Shown here: in pieces, positions 50,260 to 59,793 of the stretch
Numbering within the stretch: position 1 is the first letter of the stretch
Layout: every line of letters begins with the position of its first letter
From: Armatimonadota bacterium
Lineage (GTDB): Bacteria; Armatimonadota; HRBIN16
Length of the DNA: 64,000 nucleotides
Direction of reading: 5' to 3'
Assembly: GCA_963677485.1 (NCBI GenBank)
Contig: OY781964.1
Coordinates: forward strand, 3,488,001-3,552,000
Notes under the pieces: model-generated
What the model saw: the letters and a program-made list of their open reading frames with translations, nothing else
What the model was told of the DNA's origin: nothing
Database searches by the model: none
Position numbers and translations under genes: made by a program

Positions 50260-52383
50260 ATGGATATCAGTTCAAGACTGTTCGTTGCGCGCTTTACATC
50301 ATGGATTATTGGGGTTTCACTAGCTTTATGTGGCTCCATATCCATTGCTCAAGGTGGCACCGTCGAATCGTGGGGTATCCTACGCATTCCGCCCGGCAGC
50401 CTTAATGGCTTTACCTCTGTGGATGCGGGCGACTACTACTCTGTGGGCCTGAAACAAGACGGGTCTATTGCCTGCTGGGGGAGTAACAGCATAGGGCAGT
50501 GTAACGTGCCTGCCCCTAACAGCAGCTTCACTGCGGTCACCGCAGGTTTCGACCATACCGTGGGACTGAAACGGGATGGCTCGGTAGTCTGTTGGGGAAA
50601 TCCTGAAAATGGGCAGCGTAATGTGCCGCTACCGAACCAGAACTTCATCGCAGTGAGTGCCGGACTTCACCATACGGTCGGGTTAAAAAGCGATGGCACC
50701 GTGGTCTGCTGGGGTGAGACCACGCTTGGTGCCAGTTCCTTACCCAACCCGAACCAGGACTTTACCGCTGTGGCGGCTGGTGACTACTTCAACGTGGGCC
50801 TGAAGCGCGACGGCTCGATCGTGTGTTGGGGCTACCTCGTCTACGGCATTGAGAACATTCCAGCTCCCAACAACGACTTTGTGGCGATTGCAGCCGGAAC
50901 GTATCACGCAGTAGCCCTGAAGCGTGATGGCACGATTGTGTGCTGGGGATACAATGCCTACCAACAGTGTGTGGTGCCTGGGACAAACCAAAACTTTGTG
51001 GCGGTGGCCGCAGGTAACTACTATTCCACAGGAATCAAGCGCGACGGCACCATTGTCAGTTGGGGACAGGATGATGCCGGTCAGTGTGGCCCACCAGTGC
51101 CGAACCAGGACTTCATAAACGCCGCAGGTGGACAGTGGCACTCGATCGGCTTGAAACGCGATGGTTCTGTGGTCTGCTGGGGTGACAACGAGTATAGCCA
51201 ATGCAGTATGCCATCTTCAAACCGCGATTTCGTTGCCCTTAAAGCAGGGGGGCAGCATGGAGTCGGGCTGAAGTCGGACGCGTCTGTAATCTGCTGGGGC
51301 TCCAACTACTATAGCCAATGCAGTGTGCCTGCACCAAACACGAATACTGTCGCTATCGATGCTGGGCTAAATTTCACTGCTTTGCTAAAGAGTGACGGCT
51401 CTGTTCGTTGCTGGGGTGATGACATCTACGAGCCTGCATCCAATCAAGGCTTCACTACCATTGCCGCTGGACACAGCTTCTGCGCCGGGTTAAAAAGTGA
51501 CGGCTCCATTGAGATATGGGGAGGGCCTTTTGCGCCACTGCCTCCGGTTGGTTCGATGAACACCAACTTCGTGGCGATCGCGGCAGGATATGATCAGCTC
51601 ATCGGGCTTAAAAAAGACGGCACTGTCTGGACTACAGAATATAACTCTACGCCATCAATGCCAGTTCCCAACCAGGGTTTTACCGCCGTCTCTTCGGGTG
51701 CCTACCACTATTTAGCACTGAAGACCGACGGTTCCATAGTCTGCTGGGGACGTCAAGGCGATGATATTCAACTGGTGCCTGAGCCAAATACGGGCTTCGT
51801 GGCCATCTCAGGAGGTGCTGACCACAGCGTTGGCCTCAAGAGTAATGGTTCGTTGGTGTGCTGGGGGCTCAATGATTACGGCCAGTGCGATGTCCCGTTA
51901 CCAAACAGCGGATTTACCGCGATCTCTGCTGGTGAGCAGTTCACGCTTGCGATCCGGGGTGAGCAGCCGATTTCGGGGCAGGTGCAATTGAGCAAGTTCC
52001 TAGGCAGTATCAGCTCGCAACGCATCACTGCGTCAGTGAACAACCACCAAGATACAACAATCACCCACTGCCTCAGCCTGCTTCCGCAACCGAGCGGGAA
52101 TTACTCCTTATCCACCTACCTGCAGCCTCCGTATGACATCCGCGTGAGCAGCCTGCACTTCCTCACCGCCAAGGCGACGAATGTGGCTGGTGGGCAAAGT
52201 ACCAACTTTGCGCTGGTAAACGGCGATGCAGATGGGGACGGGCAGATCAACCTGTTCGACTTCGTGGTGCTGGATTCCAACTTCGGCAAATCCACCCCGA
52301 TGGCTGATTTGGATGGCGACGGACAGGTGAACCTGTTCGATTACGTGGTCATCGACCAGAACTTCGGAGCCAAGGGGGAGTGA
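50260..52383 (+). CDS. RCC1/BLIP-II-dockerin protein (paralog 8)
   Basis: Same architecture; ATG 50260 after GGAGG. Confidence 0.88.
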   Translation: MDISSRLFVARFTSWIIGVSLALCGSISIAQGGTVESWGILRIPPGSLNGFTSVDAGDYYSVGLKQDGSIACWGSNSIGQCNVPAPNSSFTAVTAGFDHTVGLKRDGSVVCWGNPENGQRNVPLPNQNFIAVSAGLHHTVGLKSDGTVVCWGETTLGASSLPNPNQDFTAVAAGDYFNVGLKRDGSIVCWGYLVYGIENIPAPNNDFVAIAAGTYHAVALKRDGTIVCWGYNAYQQCVVPGTNQNFVAVAAGNYYSTGIKRDGTIVSWGQDDAGQCGPPVPNQDFINAAGGQWHSIGLKRDGSVVCWGDNEYSQCSMPSSNRDFVALKAGGQHGVGLKSDASVICWGSNYYSQCSVPAPNTNTVAIDAGLNFTALLKSDGSVRCWGDDIYEPASNQGFTTIAAGHSFCAGLKSDGSIEIWGGPFAPLPPVGSMNTNFVAIAAGYDQLIGLKKDGTVWTTEYNSTPSMPVPNQGFTAVSSGAYHYLALKTDGSIVCWGRQGDDIQLVPEPNTGFVAISGGADHSVGLKSNGSLVCWGLNDYGQCDVPLPNSGFTAISAGEQFTLAIRGEQPISGQVQLSKFLGSISSQRITASVNNHQDTTITHCLSLLPQPSGNYSLSTYLQPPYDIRVSSLHFLTAKATNVAGGQSTNFALVNGDADGDGQINLFDFVVLDSNFGKSTPMADLDGDGQVNLFDYVVIDQNFGAKGE

Positions 52384-52392
52384 GGCGGACTA

Positions 52393-52426
52393 AAAAGGGG
52401 CAACCACGGGGGGTTGCCCCTTCTTT
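52393..52426. terminator. Probable bidirectional terminator
   Basis: AAAAAGGGGCAACC-N6-GGTTGCCCCTTCTTT between convergent genes. Confidence 0.7.
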
Positions 52427-52456
52427 GGATGGTCAGCATACTATTTAGCGGTCATA

Positions 52457-52870
52457 CTACCGTTGGATACCGGTCATATTGGCACTGGTGAAGTCCGCAC
52501 CCAGCAGATTCGCTCCCGTGAGGTTGGTCCGGCTGAGGTTCGCACGATACAGTATCGCCCCACTTAAGTCGGCTCCACTCAGGTCCACCCCACTCAGGTC
52601 AGCACCGGTTAAATTGGCTCCTGATAGGTTGGCCCCTCCCATATTTGCCCCGGTAAAATCGGCATCTGTCAGATTGGCTCCCTGCATGTTCGCCTCACTC
52701 AGTTCCACGGCTCCAAGGAAGCCTCCGCTGAGGTCGGCCTGTGCCAGGTTGGCACCAAACAAGTTCGCAAATTCCAGATTCGCCTTACGGGCTTCTATCA
52801 CCGACCTTGTGTCGGCAAAATCGCCGGAAATGATGACCTCACCACGTCTGCTTCTGATTTCGATTTGCAT
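52457..52870 (-). CDS. Pentapeptide repeat protein
   Basis: Continuous A(N/D)LxG repeats. Confidence 0.9.
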   Translation of the reverse strand: MQIEIRSRRGEVIISGDFADTRSVIEARKANLEFANLFGANLAQADLSGGFLGAVELSEANMQGANLTDADFTGANMGGANLSGANLTGADLSGVDLSGADLSGAILYRANLSRTNLTGANLLGADFTSANMTGIQR

Positions 52871-53052
52871 TGGATATTGCCCCTTTTACCGGAAATTCAC
52901 TTCACTATCTGCATCATACCCCACATGGCTTGCTAATCGCGTGAATTTGTCGTTGGCTGACCCTATCGTGCCCATCAATGTGTCTCAGCGGATACTATGA
53001 ATGTGGTGTATGGCACTCGGTCCTTCCGCTAACCACCGAAAGGAATATCATC

Positions 53053-54081
53053 ATGACATCGAAAGAACGCGTCTATGCGGCCATCAGGCGACAGAGTGTC
53101 GACCGTGTGCCCCGTTATCTTTGGTTCCATCCCGACATTCTTATAGAAGCCGGCAGACGGCTTGGCACCAGTGGTTTTGCCACTGAAGCAGCATTGGGGA
53201 ACGATATCCTCCAGCCATGGGTGTCGATCAACGGCTCGATGGCCCGTCAGGTGGCGGAAGGGGTGGAGTTCACGGATGACTTCGGCATCACCTGGCTCCG
53301 CAGAGGGCTGTACAACACCGTGATCCACCATCCCCTCAAGGATGCGGACATTGCGATGATTCAGAGCTATCCCATGACTGATGCTACAGGGAGTTCGCGG
53401 TATTCGGTTCTTGAAGAACTGATGGCTCAATTTGGACATGAAAAGTTCATCGGTGCTGATGTGTCTGGCTCGATATTCGAACCAGCCTACCACCTAAGAA
53501 ATATGGAAAATCTGCTGATAGATATGATGACGGGGGCCGAAGAGGCCGAAGCCATATTCGACAAGACAATGGAGTTCACCATCCTCGCCGCGAAGGAATC
53601 CCTGCGCAGAGGGGTGGACTGGGTGTGGCTGGGCGACGATGTGGGCACGCAGACCGGCATGATCATGAGCCCGCGGATCTGGCGTAAGATGCTGAAGCCC
53701 AGGATGAAGCAGATCATCGACGAGTTAAGGTCGGTCAAGTCGGAGGTGATCATCGCGTATCACTCATGCGGATCCATTCACCCGATCATCGGTGATCTCG
53801 TGGAAATTGGCATCAACGTCTTAAACCCGCTGCAACCGATGGCGGCAGATATGGATAACCTGGAGATCAAGAGAGAGTATGGATCGGTTCTCAGCTTCAT
53901 GGCAGGCATAGACACGCAGGGCTTCCTACCGAACGCATCTCCGCAGGCAGTGAAAGACGAAACCAGAAGGATTATCGACACCATGGGTGAAGGCGGTGGG
54001 TTGATATTTGCAGGCTCGCACACCATACAGACGGATGTACCATGGGGCAATATCGAGGCCATGCTCGAAGCACTGGAATAA
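53053..54081 (+). CDS. Uroporphyrinogen decarboxylase-family protein
   Basis: MTSKERVYAAI..VDRVP, LGDDVGTQ, YHSCGSI, LNPLQP, GIDTQ, HTIQTDVPWGNI; start set to ATG 53053. Confidence 0.85.
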   Translation: MTSKERVYAAIRRQSVDRVPRYLWFHPDILIEAGRRLGTSGFATEAALGNDILQPWVSINGSMARQVAEGVEFTDDFGITWLRRGLYNTVIHHPLKDADIAMIQSYPMTDATGSSRYSVLEELMAQFGHEKFIGADVSGSIFEPAYHLRNMENLLIDMMTGAEEAEAIFDKTMEFTILAAKESLRRGVDWVWLGDDVGTQTGMIMSPRIWRKMLKPRMKQIIDELRSVKSEVIIAYHSCGSIHPIIGDLVEIGINVLNPLQPMAADMDNLEIKREYGSVLSFMAGIDTQGFLPNASPQAVKDETRRIIDTMGEGGGLIFAGSHTIQTDVPWGNIEAMLEALE

Positions 54082-54261
54082 GCCGGGGTTATGTTTTTTT
54101 CCGTGGCAGTCCCCATCTTGATGGACAGGTGGCCTTGGGCCCGATATCATCGGGTGGCAACGGTGCATGTCGGTAACTGGATTCGCATAATCCCAGTCTA
54201 TAAGTAAGAATAGATTCATAATGATTAGCGTCGATCGCGATGTTACCTGAAGGAGTATTCG

Positions 54262-55488
54262 ATGACCTTGATCCGAAAGTGTTCGCTTGTCTGCGCTGCG
54301 GCCCTCATGGCGGTGCTGCTCACGATGAGCCTCAAAGCTGCACCGCTGCTCAAAGCTGGGCAACGGCTGGTGTTTCTAGGCGATAGCATCACACAGCAGC
54401 GGATATACACACGCTATGTGATGAACTACTTCACGATGCGTTACCCGGGCAGCAGTTTTAGCTTTCGGAACGCGGGTATAGGCGGTGATCAGGCCTCATG
54501 GGCAGTCGATCGTATCGACCGCGATGTCTTGAGCTTGAAGCCCGATGTGGTGACCATATGTTTCGGGGTCAACGATGTCGGTTATAAGCCGTTCACCCAG
54601 GAGGCGTATGACGCCTACATCGGCAGCCTGAAGGCGATGATTGTGAAGTTGAAGCAGGCCGGTGTTCAGGTCGTGCTCTTGACATCGACCGTAGTGGATG
54701 ATGATACCGTTGCTAGCTTCAAGCCTTTCCTGAATGAGGCACTTAGTCAGTTCAGGGACGGCCTGATGGCTCTTGCTCGCGAAGAAAGGGTGCCCATTTA
54801 CGACTTGTATGCGCTGATGATGGATATCCAAACCCGGGCTAAGGCCGACGATAAGTGGTTTACCATGTTCCTGGATGGTGTCCATCCTAACAACGCAGGG
54901 CATTCGTTGATCGCTCTGGCTTTGTTGAAGGCGCTGGGAGCGATCGAGCAACCGGCGACACTTACGGTGGATGCCAGCAGCAAGCAGTTCAGTGCAGAGA
55001 AGTGCAAGCTGACCAATCTGCGGGTATCTGAACGTAGGCTAAGTTTCACGAGAACTGATGATGCGCTGCCGGTTTGGTTTGATGCCAATGCGGCGGTCAT
55101 CCGCAAATATATCGACCTTACCAATGAGATCAACAGGTACATGTTCAAAGTCTCCGGGCTGTCAAAGGGCAACTGGAGGTTGAAAGTGCAGAATACTGTC
55201 ATCGGCACATTTTCCAACGAGGCCCTGGCGGCAGGGGTAAACCTGGCCACATATGATGGCCCCTGGATGCAGATGGGCAAGTCGGTGAACGCCATCTCGC
55301 AGGCGCAGGAGGATTTCTACCTGAATAACTGGCGCATCTCGAGAGATCAGCTTCCTGACACCGTGTTGACGTCCGACCAGACTGCCACAGCTAAACAGCA
55401 GATGGGTACCCTGGCAGCCCTGATGGAGACAACCCGTCTGGAAGCCGTAGCACATCGGTGCTGGAACTGGAACCTGGAGAAGCAATAA
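54262..55488 (+). CDS. Secreted SGNH/GDSL hydrolase (esterase)
   Basis: FLGDSIT, NAGIGGD, FGVND and DGVHP: complete SGNH catalytic set. Confidence 0.9.
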   Translation: MTLIRKCSLVCAAALMAVLLTMSLKAAPLLKAGQRLVFLGDSITQQRIYTRYVMNYFTMRYPGSSFSFRNAGIGGDQASWAVDRIDRDVLSLKPDVVTICFGVNDVGYKPFTQEAYDAYIGSLKAMIVKLKQAGVQVVLLTSTVVDDDTVASFKPFLNEALSQFRDGLMALAREERVPIYDLYALMMDIQTRAKADDKWFTMFLDGVHPNNAGHSLIALALLKALGAIEQPATLTVDASSKQFSAEKCKLTNLRVSERRLSFTRTDDALPVWFDANAAVIRKYIDLTNEINRYMFKVSGLSKGNWRLKVQNTVIGTFSNEALAAGVNLATYDGPWMQMGKSVNAISQAQEDFYLNNWRISRDQLPDTVLTSDQTATAKQQMGTLAALMETTRLEAVAHRCWNWNLEKQ

Positions 55489-56751
55489 ATGAAAGCACAA
55501 CACATCAACTACATCAAACGTGGCGTAGTCCTCTGTATTGCGTTGGTCATGGGCACGATCCTAACTACACCTATACAGGCTGATCCGCTGCTTAAGCCGG
55601 GTCAGCGGATGGTCTTCCTGGGTGACTACATCACAGAACAAAACATGTATACACGATATGTTGCCAACGCCTTCTCCCTGCGCTACCCCGGGGTTTCGTA
55701 TAGCTTCCGTAACCTGGAACGGCGCGGCGACACGGTGCAGGCTGGAACCGCCAGGATACAGCACGATGTGCTGATTCTAAAGCCGGATGTGGCGGTCGTG
55801 CTCTGCACCAACTATGAAATCAAGACCGTGCCGTTTGTCAGCTTCTGGCCATTCACCAGTGCCACCATCGGCCCATATATAGCCGGCATCAGGTCGCTTG
55901 TTCATGAACTCCACAACGATGGCATTAAGGTAGTGCTCATCACCCCACCATGCATGGAGCTCGGTAAAAACTGGCGGTTCAAGGGCGATTACAATACTAA
56001 CATCGTGGCAGGGCTGGCAGATGCTGTGAAGAAGATCGCAGCCGACGAAAAGCTGCCCTGCGTTGACCTCTATACTCTGATGCTTGATGTGATGACGAGA
56101 ATGAAGGCGGATGACTCCAGCTACACTTTCATCCCCTGGGGTAATGAGCCTTCTCATGCAGCTCAGTCGGTGATGGCGTATGCGGTGCTCAAGGGTCTTG
56201 GCTTCGGTGATCAGCCTGCCTCCTTAAATATCAACGTGCGGTTCGGCAGGATGTCGGCCGCGAAATGCACCGTGAGCGGACTACACATAACCGACAACAA
56301 AGTCGTGTTCATCCGTACCGATGCGGCGTTGCCAACCTACCTCGATCCTGAAGCTGACAAGATGAAAGCCTACTTGCCATTCTCGAAGGAATTAAACAAC
56401 TACCCGCTGACCGTGTCAGGACTATCTGAGGGCAGGTGGAAGTTGACGGTGCAGGGCATTGAGGTGGGCGTCTTTACCGCTGATGAGCTGGCGGCTGGCG
56501 TGAACCTGACTGATAAGCCCGGTCCATGGACGGAGATGGGGAAGAAGGTCAACGCCATCACCAAGCTGCAGGATGACATAGCCAATAACAACTGGCGGAT
56601 CTATACCCAGCAGATACCAACGTCTGACTTCCCTGAGGCAACCATCGAAAAAGCCCGGCAGACGGTGGATGCGCTGATCAATACATTTGAGCAAGCCCGT
56701 ATCAAGGCTACATCTCAAAGAACCTGGAACTGGTTGCTGGAGAAGCAATAG
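55489..56751 (+). CDS. SGNH-fold paralog with degenerate catalytic residues
   Basis: Colinear paralog with FLGDYIT, LCTNY and WGNEP in place of the catalytic motifs. Confidence 0.8.
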   Translation: MKAQHINYIKRGVVLCIALVMGTILTTPIQADPLLKPGQRMVFLGDYITEQNMYTRYVANAFSLRYPGVSYSFRNLERRGDTVQAGTARIQHDVLILKPDVAVVLCTNYEIKTVPFVSFWPFTSATIGPYIAGIRSLVHELHNDGIKVVLITPPCMELGKNWRFKGDYNTNIVAGLADAVKKIAADEKLPCVDLYTLMLDVMTRMKADDSSYTFIPWGNEPSHAAQSVMAYAVLKGLGFGDQPASLNINVRFGRMSAAKCTVSGLHITDNKVVFIRTDAALPTYLDPEADKMKAYLPFSKELNNYPLTVSGLSEGRWKLTVQGIEVGVFTADELAAGVNLTDKPGPWTEMGKKVNAITKLQDDIANNNWRIYTQQIPTSDFPEATIEKARQTVDALINTFEQARIKATSQRTWNWLLEKQ

Positions 56752-56782
56752 GAAGTCAAATAACAGCCAATACCTTAGTCAG

Positions 56783-57892
56783 CTATGACTTATACACCCG
56801 TGGCACCATTGGGCTGGTGGGGATGCGAAACGCGGGGACATCCACAACGCTGCCGAGTTGGATGTCAGGGTGGTTGGTGACGTCCAGCACAGTAAACTGC
56901 ATGGCCACACGGCCAAGCACTGGGATGGCCTTGCCGTCATGTAACACATGCAAACGGCCTTGGCTTCTTTTAGCAATCAGCTTGAATACATTCTGTCGGT
57001 AGAAGGGGCCACTTGGCATCATCGTGTATCCATCGGCGTAACCGACAGGTAACACCGCGGTGCGGGTCGGCCGGCGCGTTTTTACATCAGCACCATATCC
57101 TACGCCACAGCCAGTGGGCAGCAGTTTGACCTCGCAAACCCGCGACTTAAATGCCCAGGTGGGCTTCAGATTGAGCTGTGTCGTACAGCCTGATACCGGG
57201 CATTGGCCGAATAGTACGGTGCCGATGCGTACCATATTCAATCTGGTTTCTGGATGTTTGAACATGGCGGCACTGTTGGCTATATGGGTTTTGGTGGAAG
57301 CAGGCAGTGGCTGCGAAAGGTCTGCCAACATATTTTTGAACTTCAAGAACTGTTTACTGACACCAGCCCCCGAGATCTCGGATGCTGTGGCAAAATGGGA
57401 ATAGACACCGTCAAGCTGCACAAACTTGCACATCAGGGCCATCTCGATAATGTCGTTGACCTCTGCCGGTAACGCCCCAAGACGGCTCATACCTGTGTCG
57501 ACTTTAATATGTATCCGGGCGGTTTTCTGCATCTTCACAGCGATCTCCGTTGCCTTTGAGACAGCGGTCTTTCGCGTTACGGTGATGCTGATATCTCGGT
57601 TGAATGCCTCGCAGAGTTCGTCATCAAACAGGGGAGTAAAAACCAGGATTGGTGCGGTGATGCCGGCTTCACGCAGAGCGATCGCCTCGCCAAGCCGAGA
57701 CACAGCGAGGGAATTGGCTCCAGCCTTGATGAGGCTGATGCTCGGTTCAACGAACCCGTGTCCATAGCCATTGGCTTTCACCACGGCCATGATGGCAACA
57801 TCAGGCCCGATGAGCTGCTGTACCGATATCAGGTTCGCTGCGATGGCTTTTAAGTCTACCTCAACCCAAGTGTCTTGTGGCGTCCAGGTCAT
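56783..57892 (-). CDS. alr: Alanine racemase-family PLP enzyme
   Basis: AVVKANGYGHG, HIKVDTGMSRLG, GVGYG, GYADG; start set to ATG 57892. Confidence 0.88.
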   Translation of the reverse strand: MTWTPQDTWVEVDLKAIAANLISVQQLIGPDVAIMAVVKANGYGHGFVEPSISLIKAGANSLAVSRLGEAIALREAGITAPILVFTPLFDDELCEAFNRDISITVTRKTAVSKATEIAVKMQKTARIHIKVDTGMSRLGALPAEVNDIIEMALMCKFVQLDGVYSHFATASEISGAGVSKQFLKFKNMLADLSQPLPASTKTHIANSAAMFKHPETRLNMVRIGTVLFGQCPVSGCTTQLNLKPTWAFKSRVCEVKLLPTGCGVGYGADVKTRRPTRTAVLPVGYADGYTMMPSGPFYRQNVFKLIAKRSQGRLHVLHDGKAIPVLGRVAMQFTVLDVTNHPDIQLGSVVDVPAFRIPTSPMVPRVYKS

Positions 57893-57897
57893 CACCG

Positions 57898-58983
57898 TTA
57901 CTCCTGTTGTTTTTGAGCCCGTCGTTTGATAATTGATTGAATTTTGGGCATACCAACGTTCCATAGCCAATACCATGCTGGTGATAAGACCATATCATAT
58001 TCACCAAGATATTCTACGAACCTTGGGTTAAACCCCTCTTTAAAGCGATTAAGCCCTTCAAGGTGAGCATCTCCCGCCCCTTTTTTAGGGCTCACACCGC
58101 GGAAGTCATACCACTTGCATCCGGCTTCCTGGGCCCATTGGATGAGGCTCCATTGCATCAGGTGGTTAGGCATCATATTGCGGTGTTCATTGGAGCTTGC
58201 ACCATAAGTATACATCGCCCGGTCACCAATAATGTATACCAAGGCGCCTGCTAGTGGTTGGCCGTTGTAATAGGTTAAGGCCATGCGCATCATACCTGCG
58301 GGTACAAGCAAGTCCCACATCTGTTCGAAGTAGCTGATCGAGCGTACCAGGAACCCATCGCGGGCGCAGGTTTCCTTCAAGAGCTCGTAAAAGACGGGTA
58401 GCTGTTCACGGCTGCAGTTGTTGTCTACAGTGACACCCTTACGGGCCGCCAGCCGGATGTTATAGCGCCATTTTTCCTTAAAACTGGCCAGAAGCTCATC
58501 GGCAGGCAGTGCCAGGTCAAGCTGCATCACGCATTTGGGTTGCGTACCGCCAAATCCACCTGCGTTGACAGGTTGAAATCCTGCATCTGCGATATTCTCT
58601 GCATCGGTGGTCTGCTCAATAGTCACCGGTGGATCGATCTTCAATAGTATCGCACGCTGTTGCCGTGCCACTTCGCGCAAATGGTCCATGAACTGAAGGG
58701 TGAGTTCGCGGTCTGATGAATCCCAGACTGGACCTCGGGAGGCATATAGTATGCATCGTCCGGTTTTAGGGATATTGCGGCGTAACAGAGAGGCGACGGC
58801 GACAACCTTACCGTCTTGGTGAGCCATCACACGGATGGGCTTCCATCCCGACTTGGCCTTTAGGTCGCCCCATTCGAAACTTTGCATGAGGTCGCCGGTA
58901 GGGAAATCTGCAATGAAACGGTTAAATGCTTCCCTTTCATTCTCTGTAGCAATGGTATATGTAAGTTTGGAATTTATGCTCAT
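57898..58983 (-). CDS. FemAB/FemX-family lipid II:aminoacyl-tRNA peptidyltransferase
   Basis: LMQSFEWG, YASRGPV, KWRYNIRLAARKGV, YTYGASS, YDFRG, GLNRFKEGF. Confidence 0.9.
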   Translation of the reverse strand: MSINSKLTYTIATENEREAFNRFIADFPTGDLMQSFEWGDLKAKSGWKPIRVMAHQDGKVVAVASLLRRNIPKTGRCILYASRGPVWDSSDRELTLQFMDHLREVARQQRAILLKIDPPVTIEQTTDAENIADAGFQPVNAGGFGGTQPKCVMQLDLALPADELLASFKEKWRYNIRLAARKGVTVDNNCSREQLPVFYELLKETCARDGFLVRSISYFEQMWDLLVPAGMMRMALTYYNGQPLAGALVYIIGDRAMYTYGASSNEHRNMMPNHLMQWSLIQWAQEAGCKWYDFRGVSPKKGAGDAHLEGLNRFKEGFNPRFVEYLGEYDMVLSPAWYWLWNVGMPKIQSIIKRRAQKQQE

Positions 58984-59053
58984 ATCAATATTGTAACTCT
59001 ATGGCCGTCATTTTCGGCCATAGAGCCATCAAGAGGTAGTGATAGTGGTTAAA

Positions 59054-59788
59054 CTAGAGTCCGACTTGCTCCAGCAAATCTTTGATTTCGCCCGTTTGAA
59101 GTGGCCGGTAATCTCCCGGAGCGAGCCCTTTTATGCTGACATTACCGAATGCACTACGGTGCAGCCGCACGACGTTGCCGCCTACCGCGGAGATCATGCG
59201 CTTCACCTGGTGGTTGCGTCCTTCATGGATGGTGATTTCCAGGTGAGTCGGGTTTTTGTCAAACCACACACGTGCGGGTGATGTCCAGCCGTCCTCCAGC
59301 TCCACACCTTGACGCAGGGCGGTGATCTGTTCCCGGTCCAGCGGTCTGTCGATCAAAGCCAGGTAGGTTTTATTGACACCGTAGCGCGGGTGTGTCAAAC
59401 GGAAAGCCAGTTCGCCATCGTTGGTTAGCAGCAGGGCACCAGTGGTGTCAATATCAAGCCTGCCGACGGGGTAAACCCGAAGCTTCACATTCTTCATGAG
59501 GTCAATCACCGTAGTCTGCTCTTGCTGGCCGATACAGGTTGTGACCACACCCTCTGGTTTGTTCATGATGTAGTAGACCAGCCGGTCGGCAAACTTGGCC
59601 AGAACGCCGTCCACCACCACTTTGTCACTGGGCAGCGCTTTACTGCCAAGTTCAGTCACGACCTTGCCATTCACGGTGACACGGCCATCGGTGATGATCT
59701 TTTCGCAGGCTCGCCGCGAGCCGAAGCCCGCCTCTGCCAGCAACTTTTGAAGCCTCATTGGCTCTTGGGGAGTATCATTCTCGGTCAT
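59054..59788 (-). CDS. rluB: rRNA pseudouridine synthase, RluB/RsuA family
   Basis: S4 domain MRLQKLLAEAG.GSRR, VGRLDIDTTG, EGRNHQVKRM. Confidence 0.85.
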   Translation of the reverse strand: MTENDTPQEPMRLQKLLAEAGFGSRRACEKIITDGRVTVNGKVVTELGSKALPSDKVVVDGVLAKFADRLVYYIMNKPEGVVTTCIGQQEQTTVIDLMKNVKLRVYPVGRLDIDTTGALLLTNDGELAFRLTHPRYGVNKTYLALIDRPLDREQITALRQGVELEDGWTSPARVWFDKNPTHLEITIHEGRNHQVKRMISAVGGNVVRLHRSAFGNVSIKGLAPGDYRPLQTGEIKDLLEQVGL

Positions 59789-59793
59789 TGGTT

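Noticed and set aside
29928-52383. Diversity-generating retroelement acting on the RCC1 genes
   Set aside because: No reverse transcriptase and no template/variable repeat pair differing only at adenines was seen
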